Shown: positions 13,164-25,322 of the stretch, piece after piece | How positions within the stretch are numbered: the stretch's first letter is position 1 | Layout of the letters: every line of letters starts with the position of its first letter | Assembly: GCA_965644295.1 (NCBI GenBank) | Contig: CBFFRP010000104.1 | Coordinates: 1 to 42,302, forward strand | DNA: 42,302 nt | Direction: 5' to 3' | Source of the DNA: Paraphysomonas bandaiensis | Lineage: Eukaryota; Protista; Chrysophyceae | Position numbers and translations under genes: made by a program | The notes under the pieces: generated by a model | The model's input: only the letters and a program-made list of their open reading frames with translations | Told to the model about the DNA's origin: nothing | Database searches by the model: none

Positions 13164-16100
13164 CTAAAACTGAGAAATATTGCTTTGGCTATAAAACAAA
13201 GTTCGCGAGCGAGACACAACTGATATGTCACTTACATGCGGATATATAGAATCCACGAGTAAGTCATATCCCTTCTCCATTTCAACAAGCCACACGAGCT
13301 CCATCGCATTGTTTGTACTGACGCTGGTAGAGAGTGCAGGGGTAATAGACGATGTGGGGGTCCTATCATCCTCTGACAGAATAGGGCTCGAGGATTCTGC
13401 GCCAACATCATCTCGAGCATGGTATTTCTCGATGACATGCTTGCTGGAAGGTGTGTCCGATGTACCACTCGGGAACGATTGAAGAGGGGGTTTCGAATCT
13501 GGTGACGTGGTATTTGAGTCACCAGCTAGAAAAGGCGCCGTAAGCTGGCGATACTTCTCCAAGATTAGTCTCGACTTGCGCAAAAATTCCACAAGGGATG
13601 TCTGTAAAACAAATATTATCCATTTCATATTAACGGTCATACTATAAATATAATACTATTATATTAGGACCGTATATTTTCAATATTAAATTCATAATAA
13701 ACTATACGATCTCGTACCTTCAGGGATTCTCGGTGGCTATGTAGAATGGTATCGACAGGGGTGGGTACAATGCTCCCTCCAGGTAGCCGAGTGGGTGCAC
13801 TAGACAATGATATATTAGGAAGAAATACTCTCGCCACCTCCGCAGCTCCTGCGTTCACCTTGACGCAAGGTTAACATGGTACATACTACTGACAACTTGT
13901 TACCTGCGGGGCAACAGTTCCTTGGACGAGCCGCATCAAGTTGTTTATATCAGACTGGGCTTTGGAAGGTTTCTTCTTGAGTTCGTCGTTCATAGTTTGA
14001 ATCCTCTCGTTAATATCGTCTATAGCTACCTCTATAGGGGTAAGGTCGCGTACCTCTCGCTTGCAGACAACTTGGCGAGTGAGAACGTAGGGAAAAGGAC
14101 GAGGCACATGAAGAACAGTGGTCCTCTTCCACTGTAAGTCGATAGACTTCGCATGAGCCTTGCCTTCCTTAGTGAAAGGCACTGAAAATTGAAACGTGGA
14201 ATACTCATTTTCAGTCGCTAGGTTAGTGATACGTTCATTCCAATGCTCCAATCGTGCCGGGACGGATAATGTGGGATCACCTCTCTTGAAGACGGGCGTT
14301 ACACTCGTCATATATGCATAGGCTTCGACCGAGTCTTCAGGCGGAACAGGAGACGTATCGGGTAAAACAGATACAGGAACCTTCTCTCCAACAAGTAACT
14401 GAAGTTGGCACTTGATGAGTGCCTGAAACTCAGATACATGTAAGTAATTGCCATTTCGAACGATGAATTCTTTGTTGCGTAATCTTTCTGGGACACCTTG
14501 ACATCAAAGTTAATGGATCTACACATGACAAAATAAATATTTACCTTGACCAATATATAGCACCCTGAAAAACGTTCCCATCGCAAACTTCATATTTCCA
14601 ACGGATATATCACTGAACATTTTGGACAATTTTTCGTAGCAGGACGAAATGAGAGCGTTGTTGTCTGCATCACTGCGGTACATACCAATCATGGCAAGCA
14701 GGGATCGCTCAGAAAGATACAGCAAGTTGGCCTTTCGAAACATGTCCGCACTCACTGATAATGACGTGATGGTGTGTCTTCGATGTTGATTACTCGAAGC
14801 CCAAGGGGCCAGAGGGGGCTTTGCCAGGCTTGCATTCAATGCAGCCATGAAATGTGTGTAAGTGGTAGAACTAGCAGAAAAAGACGCACGTCGAACCCAC
14901 TTCAGCGGAGGCTTAGGTGCCCACATATCAGCCCAGTGGTGTTTAAGCTCTTCGCACATGACAAAGATTTCCCACCTAATCATAGCGCTCTCTGCAGGAT
15001 TTCCAAGAAGATCGTGAATTTTGGAGAGATTCTCGTATACATACATTTTCAACCGTGGCAAGTTGTATCTCCACAATACATCTGCGGCTGAAACAAACCG
15101 ATCCATCATCGAATTCACATCTACTCCGTTGAACTCCCTCGATACTAAATCATCTTTTCCGTCTCTCTTATCCAGCATGTTAGCACCTTCCCAGTCAAAG
15201 GCTACAACTCCCTGAAGATGTACGTTAATGAAATTGAAAACATGTATCAAAGAGGTCATCGAGGAAAGAAAACAGTCCAGGGATGCTCCAAAACCACGAT
15301 CAGATGACGGCGATTTAGTAAAATCCCGCATCACTGATATAGATGAAAATATTGGAAGTAAATGTGCCGTGGTCTGAATCATATTTTCATTCGATCTGTA
15401 CTTCAGTACGATGGACTCAATGACGTCCCTAAGAACTGCCAATAGCGTAGTTGCTACAGGGGTAAAATTCCCTTCCCATTGAAAGTGAGACAGCATTAAA
15501 GTGAAAATAAACCGAGTAGCCGATAATCGTAGTGCTGCAAACATAGAACAGCAGGCCAATAGTGTTGAGCGCATCCAGAACTGAAAAGAATCTCCCGCCG
15601 TTCGAATAAATGCAGGTGCACCGTATGTTTTCAACACAGCTTCTGCGGATGCATAAGTTAAGCAAATAGCAATTTCACTCTGTTTTGAATTGAGGGCATG
15701 AAGCATCACATGTAGTGTTGCTGACATAAACTCCCTGCATGAATCGTTAAACGTGTTGTCCCCGTATCGCGACGACATGGGCTGCAGTACTCGAGGGCAT
15801 TCCTCGACTACAGTGCTGAGCGTGCGTAATACGCACATCGTACTCTCATGATTCACATGTTTCGCAGCTGAAAATGAACGCATTAAACTCACCATATCCA
15901 CGCCAGTGCGATTTTTTGTGATCGTTGCTGTAGATTTTACGGACTTCTTCCAGTTCCTTTTCTCTCCCTTCTCAGCCCGTGTTCGTCGATATGGTTTTGC
16001 TGCCCTTTGGGTGACCCTGTCCTCCAACTCTTGGAGCCTTTCAGTGGTTCCTCGATAATCCTTGGATATCGAATTAGAACTCTTATTTCGCATCCCGGTG

Positions 16101-19100
16101 TTAGACGATGCTCCATCGATATCATCTACACTAACTCCTGGAGACAGCACACACTTTGCATCTCCTTTTTCGCCACCATCACTTAGTGGAAGTTCAAATG
16201 TATCCAGTATTAGGTGAAGAAGCTTAATTATGTTGAATATAGGCAACTTGTTGGACCTACTGTCACCCGCAATGCTGCTATCCGCACTAAACATTTTCTT
16301 ATACACAATTGGGTTAGTGCCACGCGGCTTAGACATTTGTCTCCATTCCTCTCTCAATAGAAATTCCGGACATTCCTGTATGATAAATAAGACCAGTGCC
16401 AGTTCTTCGCGCCTCTCCTCTGTACCCACTGACAGTTCATACAAACGATCGGCATTCTCAGCAATGCAGTGCAAAAGCGGTAAAAACATCGCAGCTATTC
16501 GATGTTTGTATTCTCCTGACTGAAAGCGCGCATCGTAGCACAGGCGTACAGCTAGTTCTCTCAACATTTTTATAGCATCTTCTTTCAAATTTTTCTCCAA
16601 TTGAGAGTAGTCGGCCATTATTTCATAAATTACAAGGTGAATGAGCCAATGGTGCGGAGGATTCTTAATTCCTCTTATACTTGACCCACTCGCACGATTA
16701 AGCAGTTCCTTTGTACTGAATATGGGATTAAAAACATATGCATCGTGAGATTCTCCAATATGGAGTGGAAAATTCATCGCAAAAAAGTGATCTGTCCGAC
16801 ATAGCTCGCGAAGAAAGTTAATGCGGGTCACAATATAGTCCGTTTGAACCTTAAGCGTAGACTCTTGGTTTTGCTTTTGCTTCTTTCTAGAAGAGAGCAT
16901 ATAAGCATATATAACCCGCGCAACCTGTAGAGGAGCGACAAGAGCATACAACTCTCTAAAAAAGTGTGATATCGCCATAGCCAGGCGCCTACATGGGAGT
17001 AAACTCCTTTTTCGAGTATGAACCTCCCTCCCCAAAGCTTCCATCAGCAACTCTAATTCAGTCACAAACTCTTCATCCATAATCACAGGAGCGTTCTTGT
17101 GCTCTCTTACAATTCTAAGTGATATACTCTTCACAATCAACCCCAACAAGATTGGACCGTGCTTTGTGGCCAGTGAACGAATTTGGGCTTCTGACCCCTT
17201 GAACTCGCAAAACATTGCGTCGTCTAATGAGAAAGGGTATGGGTCTGTGCGTACCCATTCACTGTTGTCTTCGTCTTGATTATCATCACCAGTTTCGTCC
17301 TCCTCACCTTCTTCCTCAGCAATGGCAACCTCCGCATGGATATGAGTGGTGGTGTCGTCATACAATCGCAAAAGTGCACACCACTGGTGAACGAGAACCT
17401 CATACATCCACGGCCACCATTGCATTGAGGGTGACTTTTTCTCCTCTGTTGAGGCCTCGCTGAGAACCTCTATCAATTGCAATCGTCGAACAATAAAACC
17501 ATCTACATGACTGTATCGTGGTAGCTGCGGAGTTACAACAACTGGTTCCTTTAAAGGGTTCACCTTGCTTGACTGCGTCATACCTCGTCCATTCATTTCG
17601 ATGATCTGGAGAACAGATTTGTCATTCGTGTACCCTCTCCACCATCTTTCCCCGCCGCTTTCGGACTGTAACCTTCCGCTGAGAATTTCATTAGTTGCTT
17701 TTCCGACAGCACTCAGAAGTGCCCCTTGATAAATGACAAGTACCGCCTGGTCGATAGCATGCTCGACCATGTTATCAATGAGTTCTTCCTCAGATACAAC
17801 CGCAGTCGCTTGTCGGCGCACCAGGTCTATTACCTTTGATTTCTTGGACAAGGACTTCCGCTGGTCACTTGAATTAGCTCCTCGAGTGGGTAAACACACC
17901 TCCTCGTCAAACACATATTCCACGTATGACCGTAAAAACTCGGCATCAGTCGCCTCATCTTCACTACTCTCAACGACATTTGGGGCGACAAATTCAAAAA
18001 CATGAAGCATAGCAAGAAATGAAACACAACGGAGGTTTGAGTGACAGTAAGGGTTTACGAATCGAGGGTGGCAAACGCAGGTACCCCCACACATGGTGCG
18101 CGTTAGGTGGCGCATTATGCCAGGAAAATGACGACATATCTCTACACGCAAGGATGCATCACTCCTACCTGATGACGTTACAAGGGAAGATTCACTTGCA
18201 TCACTACGTCTACCAGACGACCTCGAGGGACAATCAAGGAGAAACATCATGCTATCCGCCATCTCCGCTTCCGTATTATCCGCACCGCCTCCCGTAGAAG
18301 TGGAATTGGACACCTGGCGCACAGCGGCCGCGATAATGTTAGACAATTGCGTACCCCGAGTAGGTGTACGCGGTTTTAAAGACTGCAATTGCTGTTGAGT
18401 AAGAGAAGGCAACGCGCCAAGTCGAGGTGGGTGAGTGGCAAGAAATCTCTGCAGTTCACTGTGACTCGACATGAAAGAAGAGAAAGCCCGCGTACGAAGA
18501 GTTATCGTAGGTCCAAGGGAAGATTTCCCCCCTCCTAAAGTACCACTCCTACGATGCCCTCCTTGTGATGATTGTGGGCGGGAAGATGAGGCAATACTGG
18601 AGGGCGTGAATGAAACGCCGCTCGAAAGAGATTGTGTTGATTGAACAGACAGAGGTCGAGTTTCTATTGACAACCGGTCGTCAGCTTCCCCCCCCGCTGT
18701 ATCGTCGTGAACAGGGATGACATACTCTCCATCAGGAAGCATACACCCCTGTTCCGATAGAAGCGGAAGATAGCAGTGCCCGATCAAAGAACACACTTCA
18801 CCAGAATCCTCCCCCTTTTTCGCGAAAAAACCACCGATGGACCCCCTGTGTTCGGTTTTCTTTCCTTTCACATGCACATGATATATGTGGAACAAAAGGA
18901 AATGGTTCTTCGTAAGTGGTAATGGTAGTCGGATCTTAATCTCGTCGTTCAGCTCAGGTGATGCCTTATGGTATGACACCCTCGTGCATGCCGACTGACA
19001 GTACATATACCCGGGCACATTGCTATAAATGTTGTTGAGCACGGTGTAGCTTCGTTTGGAAGGTACAAATTCAGTTTCCAGGAACTCAATTAGCTGTACC

Positions 19101-20742
19101 TCTAGACAAAGATTGCGCTCAGTCCTACGGATACAATAGGTGACACAACGGTAAAATTGTGATGCTCATTATATACGCCCACGCACCTTCGCTGAAAGTT
19201 CTCAAATGCGGTAGGATATAAGAATATGGTGTGATCAAGAGTGGACCTTATGCCGCGCAGTGCGTTGTCGGACAGCATCGACTTGGTGGGGGGTAAAGGG
19301 AGCATACACCGCACCGCCAACTTCCCCCCTGCATGGTCGAACCATTTCGTGTCCTCTGCCTCAGCCTCGGAGTGGTACTGTGAAGGCAGGAAAAACAACA
19401 AGTCGCTATCAGCCACTGTGTCATCAGATCGCGGAAACAGGCCTTCTGGGGGTGATACCTTTTCCTAGTACACAAGGGTCAGTGTATACTAACAGAACAA
19501 CAGGCGACATCAACAATATTACTAACCAGTGAATCTGACCCTAAGCAGTACATTGAAATCCCAATATCCAGCTCCGTGATGTCTAGTCGAATCTGCTGGC
19601 TGGATCCCTCCGGAGGAAACATGTCCTGAATATGCTGCGGCGGTAAAGTATCAGGGCTACTATTCATTGAGGTAATCAAAATCACAGTATACCTGCTTTA
19701 ATCCAGCTTCATTCTGGCAATTTTTCAAAGCAAATACTGACAAAATACTGGCACCGGGAGTGACGACGTTCTGGTAGACCTGTCCATCGGGGTTGAAGAC
19801 CTTAACGACACTAATCCCTAGGGGCTGGCGGTACTTTCTCAGTCTCCTGCACGTATCCGTAATACTGAATGACTGATCAGTGGCAAATAGAGATTTCTTA
19901 TCCGGGTGTATGTATGGGAGTAGAGCTTTATCCGGCTCTCCTGTGAGGACCTTCGACAGTTCAATAACCAGGTATATATCAGTTGCCAACAACTCCGTGG
20001 GAAATGAAAAGAGACACTTCGATGTCTCATGAATAGGATTAATATGTAGCGGATCCGCCTCCGAACGAATGATTCCTTCTTCATCAAGAAAATGAGCTCG
20101 GTATACACTTTTGAATCGTGATCTCATAGATTGTGGGGTTGCATCGAAATTAAAGGTCTCAGTAATCTTCGTGAGCTCTCCATCACGGGAACTCATGCTA
20201 TAAAGACAAGCGGTACCAAATATGGGCTCCATTATGTGGTGCTTACCATAGCGGATTTTTTCTTTAGGTCCAATGCTCACGAGGAGCTTTGTATACCCGT
20301 ATGCACAATTATCAACTAAGTGTTTGTTGCCCACAGGCACACGACGGAAGGTGGACTGCTGAGGGCTACTGTGAGGGTGGTAATTTTGAAGAAATCTGGA
20401 CTGGTCATACAATCCACCTTTCGTTAACTGTGGAAACTCTTCAAATGTATCTGTTTCCTCCACTTCAGGAAATCGTAAATGTGCTGCATTGTTAGCATGA
20501 TAGTCAATCGTATCCAGCACCGGGGGCATAGACGGGGCCACTGACACTGTGTGATAGTTCCTGGAAAACTCCTCCAGACTAGTCTGAACATAATAAGAGG
20601 GTGCATGGTCGGAGCCTATGTTGCCGACATAGTTCGATACACGCTCCACCGTATCCACCTGCAGCTGCCTCTCCATGGCCTGGATCTCTGGTTTATCTAT
20701 AGCATATGACATGGTGCCCGAACTAGCTAAGTGATTGAGCAA
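13164..20742 (-). CDS. DOCK-family Rho GEF, DOCK-C/D (zizimin-like), >2000 aa, multi-exon; start uncertain
   Basis: N-terminal EPIFGTACLY...KITETFNFD; DHR1 C2 domain (RNLCLEVQL, VSYHKASPELNDEIKIRLPLPLTKNHFLLFHIYHV); DHR2 (FQFSVPFTKEGKAH...QWKRTTVL...FPYVLTRQ...LTPIEVAIDDI...LVQGTVAPQVNAG). Confidence 0.93.
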
Positions 20743-20884
20743 TCTAAAGCATCAACAACCACAACACAGGGGGTGATAGAAACGAACACTATTAATTAAA
20801 CTATTTCACAACACTCCCCACTCCATTGTGAAATAGTTAATTAACAGTATCTAACCACACTACACATCCCACGTATGTGTCCAT

Positions 20885-21351
20885 ATACATACATACATAC
20901 ATACATACATACATACATACATACATACATACATACATACATACATACATACATACATACATACATACATACATACATACATACATACATACATACATAC
21001 ATACATACATACATACATACATACATACATACATACATACATACATACATACATACATACATACATACATACATACATACATACATACATACATACATAC
21101 ATACATACATACATACATACATACATACATACATACATACATACATACATACATACATACATACATACATACATACATACATACATACATACATACATAC
21201 ATACATACACATACATACATACATACATACATGCATAGATACATACATACATACATACATACATACATACATACATACATACATACATACATACATACAT
21301 ACATACATACATACATACATACATACATACATACATACATACATACATACA
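20885..21351. repeat. (TACA)n tetranucleotide microsatellite, ~470 bp
   Basis: Nearly perfect repeat with a few interruptions around 21208-21240. Confidence 0.99.
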
Positions 21352-21442
21352 TTTACAGAACTGTTGGCAGAGGTTGAAGCAAAGGAGCAGTCCAAGCAAG
21401 AGGAAAACGCTGTGACAGCGTCGCCTATTTGTATCTCCAGCG

Positions 21443-21881
21443 ATGGAACCCTATCGTGTACTTCAAGTAAATGAGTATGATTCGTATGATACCATCAAGT
21501 CTTCGTTTCAGAATTTAGCCCGTCAGTATCACCCTGATAAAACAGGAAATTCAGAGTCTTTGCGATTCGTTGAAATTCAAGATGCATGGAATGCCATAAA
21601 GGAGAGAGTAGAAAACAAAACTCATGGCAAGGGAGTATCTTCTGAAATAGTTTTACTTACAGATTTGGAACGTTCGCCTTGTGGGGAGTTTTATATTCGT
21701 ACCTGTCGATGTGGCAGTGTGTATGAGGTATGAGCAATGGATGTGTTTCTATTGTCATGTATAATTCTATGTGGTAAAGGTGTACATCGAGGACTTGGAT
21801 GCGGGTTATAACACATTTCAATGCACTGGATGTTCTCTCCACATTACTGTAGATGAAGGCTCCACTAGAAAGGAATCTTGA
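21443..21881 (+). CDS. DPH4: Diphthamide biosynthesis protein 4 / DNAJC24 (J domain + CSL zinc finger), 2 exons (21443-21727, 21780-21881)
   Basis: J domain with YHPDK followed by CRCG...CTGCSL. Intron gtatga...aag restores the frame. TGA stop. Confidence 0.9.
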
Positions 21882-22450
21882 CTTCTGATAAATAGTGATA
21901 CCAGAACACCATTGCTAAATAATTCCTACCTCTGTTTATCTTAAATATCATATTGTATATAATCTATCATTTGCTTAAGAATTCCTATTTTATATTCTTT
22001 TTCTGTTCATAATAACCCTAATGCCATCAGTGCTCTTGTGGTAATATATTTGTCCCTACTTCATTTATCCGACGCTCCAACTAAACCAAAAGTGACATTT
22101 GTTCCTGCTAAATTTCTTTTACGTCCATATTAAATTAGAAATGGCATCTGAGCCTACTAATTTTTTCAGTCATTCCTAATAAGATAAAAATTTTATTCGA
22201 TTCTACTAATTCCATAAAGAATTGATGTTAGTAATAGTAAAGTAATGTTGTGATTATTAGAACGTAAGTGAGAAATATGAATAACAATACAAAACATAAC
22301 TATCATGCACAACGGAATAGTTAGAAGTGTAACTTATAATGACGATCATGTATCTTCAACCGATACTCTCTCTAATTCAGTTCATGATATATTGCATTGA
22401 ACATTATAACTCACAGAGGATACTATCTTATATTAAGCTGAATCCTAATA

Positions 22451-23780
22451 CGCCCCCTCAATGAAATAATCAGTAAACCGTAGGTAATAAAGGGGATATG
22501 AAACTTATACACACTGAGAGTAAAAACCAGAGCAGCAGTCACTAGTCAATAATAAGCGAACTGCAGAGATGCTGTATTGTGAGTCCATCATCATGTATTG
22601 AAAAAAATGTAAGAACTCCGTGTAACTCAAACTAGCCACCTAGATCGCTTGTGGCTTGGTAATTGTAATTTGGGTGTCTCTAAGGTTGTTGATCGCTTTC
22701 TGTTGTTGCTGGATGGGATGTCGAACCCAGCTCCCCCCATCAATGTAGTTCGCAATGTGAGGAAGTTAGTTACTCTTAGTGATTTCGCAAGAAGATCGGC
22801 TAACATTGACTTGGTGGGTAAATGATCAACAGTCAATAGGTTCTCGGCAATATGTTCTCGAATGAAGTGCTATCGAATCGCGATATGTTTTGTGCGTCGA
22901 TGATGAGTAGGATTGTAACATAATTAGACTGCACCTTTATTATCGCACCAAATAGTTGTTGAGAATGGAAGTTTGAAACCAATTTCTGATAATAAAGAGC
23001 GTAGCCATAATGCTTCCTGAGTTGCTGACGATAAAGCCATATATTCAGCTTCAGTAGATGACAATGTCACTGTTGTCTGTAATCGAGATTGCCATGATAT
23101 AAAACAATTACCTATGAAGAATGCAAAAGCTGAAGTGGACCGTCGAGTGAGGTGACATCGCGCCCAATCGCTATCGCAGTATCCTGACAATGTTATGTGG
23201 GATCCAGAATATATCAATCCTTCCTTGTTTTTAGCAGTGCCAGAAAACCTGGCAAGAGTATTGACTGCGTAGGCGATGTCCGGTCGAGTACATACAGCGA
23301 AATACATCAGGGATCCAATGAGCTCCTTCTATGGAAAGTTTTGAACATATCATTGATTTGAGTCCGAAAAATGATTGAATTCATGTAAATCATAATTTGA
23401 ACAACATTGGTGTAGACATTGGTTTATACAGTTAGGCACATTGAATTTGCCTACTATTTTGGTGACATATTGTTCCTGACTTTTAGAGTCGTGATATTTT
23501 TATCGAAGTCTTGGTGAATGGGAATACCTAAGCAATAATAATCTAAGAGTCCGAGATCCGTAATTTCGAACTTTTTGGGTAGAAGTGATCTTTGAATTGT
23601 TGGATATCAGTGTCAGATGCAGATGCAGTGATGATATCGTCAATATACATAGAAATTAGCATAATCCTGCCATTGATCTGTGTTTTAAATATACATGGAT
23701 CAGATATTAGTCTGGTGAAACCCATGTCTAACATGAAAATAGTACAACACTTGTACCAATTTAAACCTGCTTGTTTCAAA
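22451..23780 (-). mobile_element. Decayed Ty1/copia LTR retrotransposon, 3' part (RT + RNase H, PPT)
   Basis: KQAGLNW...DPCIF...MYIDDI; YFAVCTRPDIAYAV; GYCDSDWA..RRSTS; ISWQSRLQTTVTLSSTEAEYMA; CDNKGA; TKHIAIR; MLADLLAK, with stops and frameshifts. PPT gagggggcg at 22451-22459 followed by tattag (possible mutated LTR start). Confidence 0.93.
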
Positions 23781-23799
23781 CTTCAAACCACAATCAGAG

Positions 23800-23918
23800 G
23801 TTTCACTAGTTAGTAAATGGTAGATGCTTATCTAGCTATTAGACTATTTTGTTCATTTATCTACTAAACTGATACTGACTCTTGAACGCCTACTGCTATA
23901 AATAGACATTCACGACTA
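23800..23918 (+). repeat. Interspersed repeat family, partial copy D, abutting the truncation point of the copia element
   Basis: ctaaactgatactgactcttgaacgcctactgctataaatagacattcacgac resembles ctaaattagttctgactcttaaacgcctactatagctaataatcaggcattcacgac (30815-30871). Confidence 0.7.
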
Positions 23919-24036
23919 TGTATGTGCATTATTTAAGCTTGCTTGGGCAAGAAACTAAAATTAAGTTTTTTTCAAGCTTGTTTACTTTTCAGTATGTGGT
24001 TTAAAAGTTCTATTCTTACGTTATTGCTTTGATGAA

Positions 24037-24190
24037 GTTACAGGATGGTTTCAGACTTATTGAGACAGTCGTCATTACAACCCTTGTAACAGGAAGACAA
24101 TGGACAATCAGCGCTGTGTCTACTTCGGTTTGTATGCCGATAATTATCACACGATGGTTTCAGACTATTAAGACAGTCGTCATTACATCG
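24037..24190 (-). promoter_or_regulatory. Two tandem SECIS-like kink-turn hairpins in the ArsM 3' UTR (24152-24190 and 24037-24090)
   Basis: Sense strand: cgatgt-aATGAc-GACT-gtcttAAt-AGTC-tGAa-accatcg and gttacaagggttgt-aATGAc-GACT-gtctcAAta-AGTC-tGAa-accatcctgtaac. AUGA/GA core, lower helix and AA in the loop are present in both, but the upper helix is only 4 bp. Confidence 0.55.
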
Positions 24191-24227
24191 CTTGAAACAG
24201 TATGGCAACGAATAGTCAGCGCTATAT

Positions 24228-25322
24228 CTACTTCGGCTTGTAAGCCGATAAATTAGCACTAGCTACATAATCTTCTGCATTACTTCCGGGAAGCCATTGT
24301 TTAATGACCTCCCGTGATTGTTCTTTAACATCGATATCAATATTAACGAAACCTGCCTCAGTTAGGTATCGCCGGAGTGCAGATCCATCCGGCGCACCTG
24401 AAACTCAGCACGCTAGGGCTTGTGCTGTACGCAGCGACTCCGGTAAAATCATATTCTCCCGCTTGATAACATCGCATATCGCCAGCCTTCCACCAGGACG
24501 TAAAACTCGAAACATATCCCGAAATACCTGCTGCTTGTCAGGAGAGAGGTTTATGACACAGTTCGAGATAACTACATCAGCCGAGTTGTCCGCCAAAGGC
24601 AAATATTCAATCTCTCCAAGGCGAAATGAAACATTCGTATGATTGTTTTCCTTTGCATTTTGACGGGCTTTGTACACCATCTCTGGTGTCATGTCTATGC
24701 CAATAACTCTGCCTGTCGATCCAACTTTGGTGCCAGCAAGAAAGCAATCTATTCCAGCTCCACTGCCAAGGTCAACAACCGTCTCGCCCTCTTTCAAATC
24801 CGCAAATAAAAGCGGATTTCCACACCCTAACCCTAGATTAGCAGTTTCGACAGTCTTTAGGTCCTCCGCGGAGTAACCATTTAGGGTACTGTCAACACTG
24901 ACACAGCACGACGCCGTACCCTGCAGAGTGGATGCATAGGACGACGAGACTAGCTTGTAGACATCATCATCAGGAACTTCTTGGCAACATGATGGAAGGG
25001 GTGGACTTTTCAGCATTGCATGTATACTATCTATCGAAGCATTCTCTGGGGACAACGACGATATCAGTCGCCCTCCAGCTCCATAAATGCGAACAGTGGG
25101 TATATCATGTAAGCCTAGCGATAGCGCCAGCTCGTCCATGCCATCTTCATCGACTGGAATAGCCACTATCCGTACATTATCATCGAAAGATGCACTCATC
25201 ACATCTGACAGCAGCTGTTTGGACTTTTTCTTCCAAGTTGCAGTGGTGAAGACAATTGTGGTCTCGGGACCATGAATGGCCTCACTGACAGATTCAGCAT
25301 TTATTTCAGCAATAAGCGCCAT
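24228..25322 (-). CDS. arsM: Arsenite S-adenosylmethionine methyltransferase with N-terminal thioredoxin-like domain; in-frame TGA (24405-24407) probably selenocysteine; intronless, 364 aa
   Basis: SCC; NLGLGCGNP; [15 protein letters not shown]; [10 protein letters not shown]; [16 protein letters not shown]; [12 protein letters not shown]; then ALAC-[TGA]-VSGA...[49 protein letters not shown] (24228-24230). Confidence 0.9.

Noticed and set aside
14774-18297. Multiple plus-strand ORFs within DOCK
   Set aside because: Antisense shadows of a long coding exon with no recognisable motifs.
20837-21474. Long MYVC/HTYI-repeat ORFs
   Set aside because: Translation artefacts of the (TACA)n microsatellite.
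24029-24259. Short ORFs with internally repeated peptides
   Set aside because: By-products of the 108-nt 3' UTR duplication; off-frame or antisense to arsM.
24405-24407. TGA as the true stop of arsM, or as evidence of a genome-wide UGA reassignment
   Set aside because: The conserved ArsM C-terminus continues in frame, and other genes in the window end normally at TGA.
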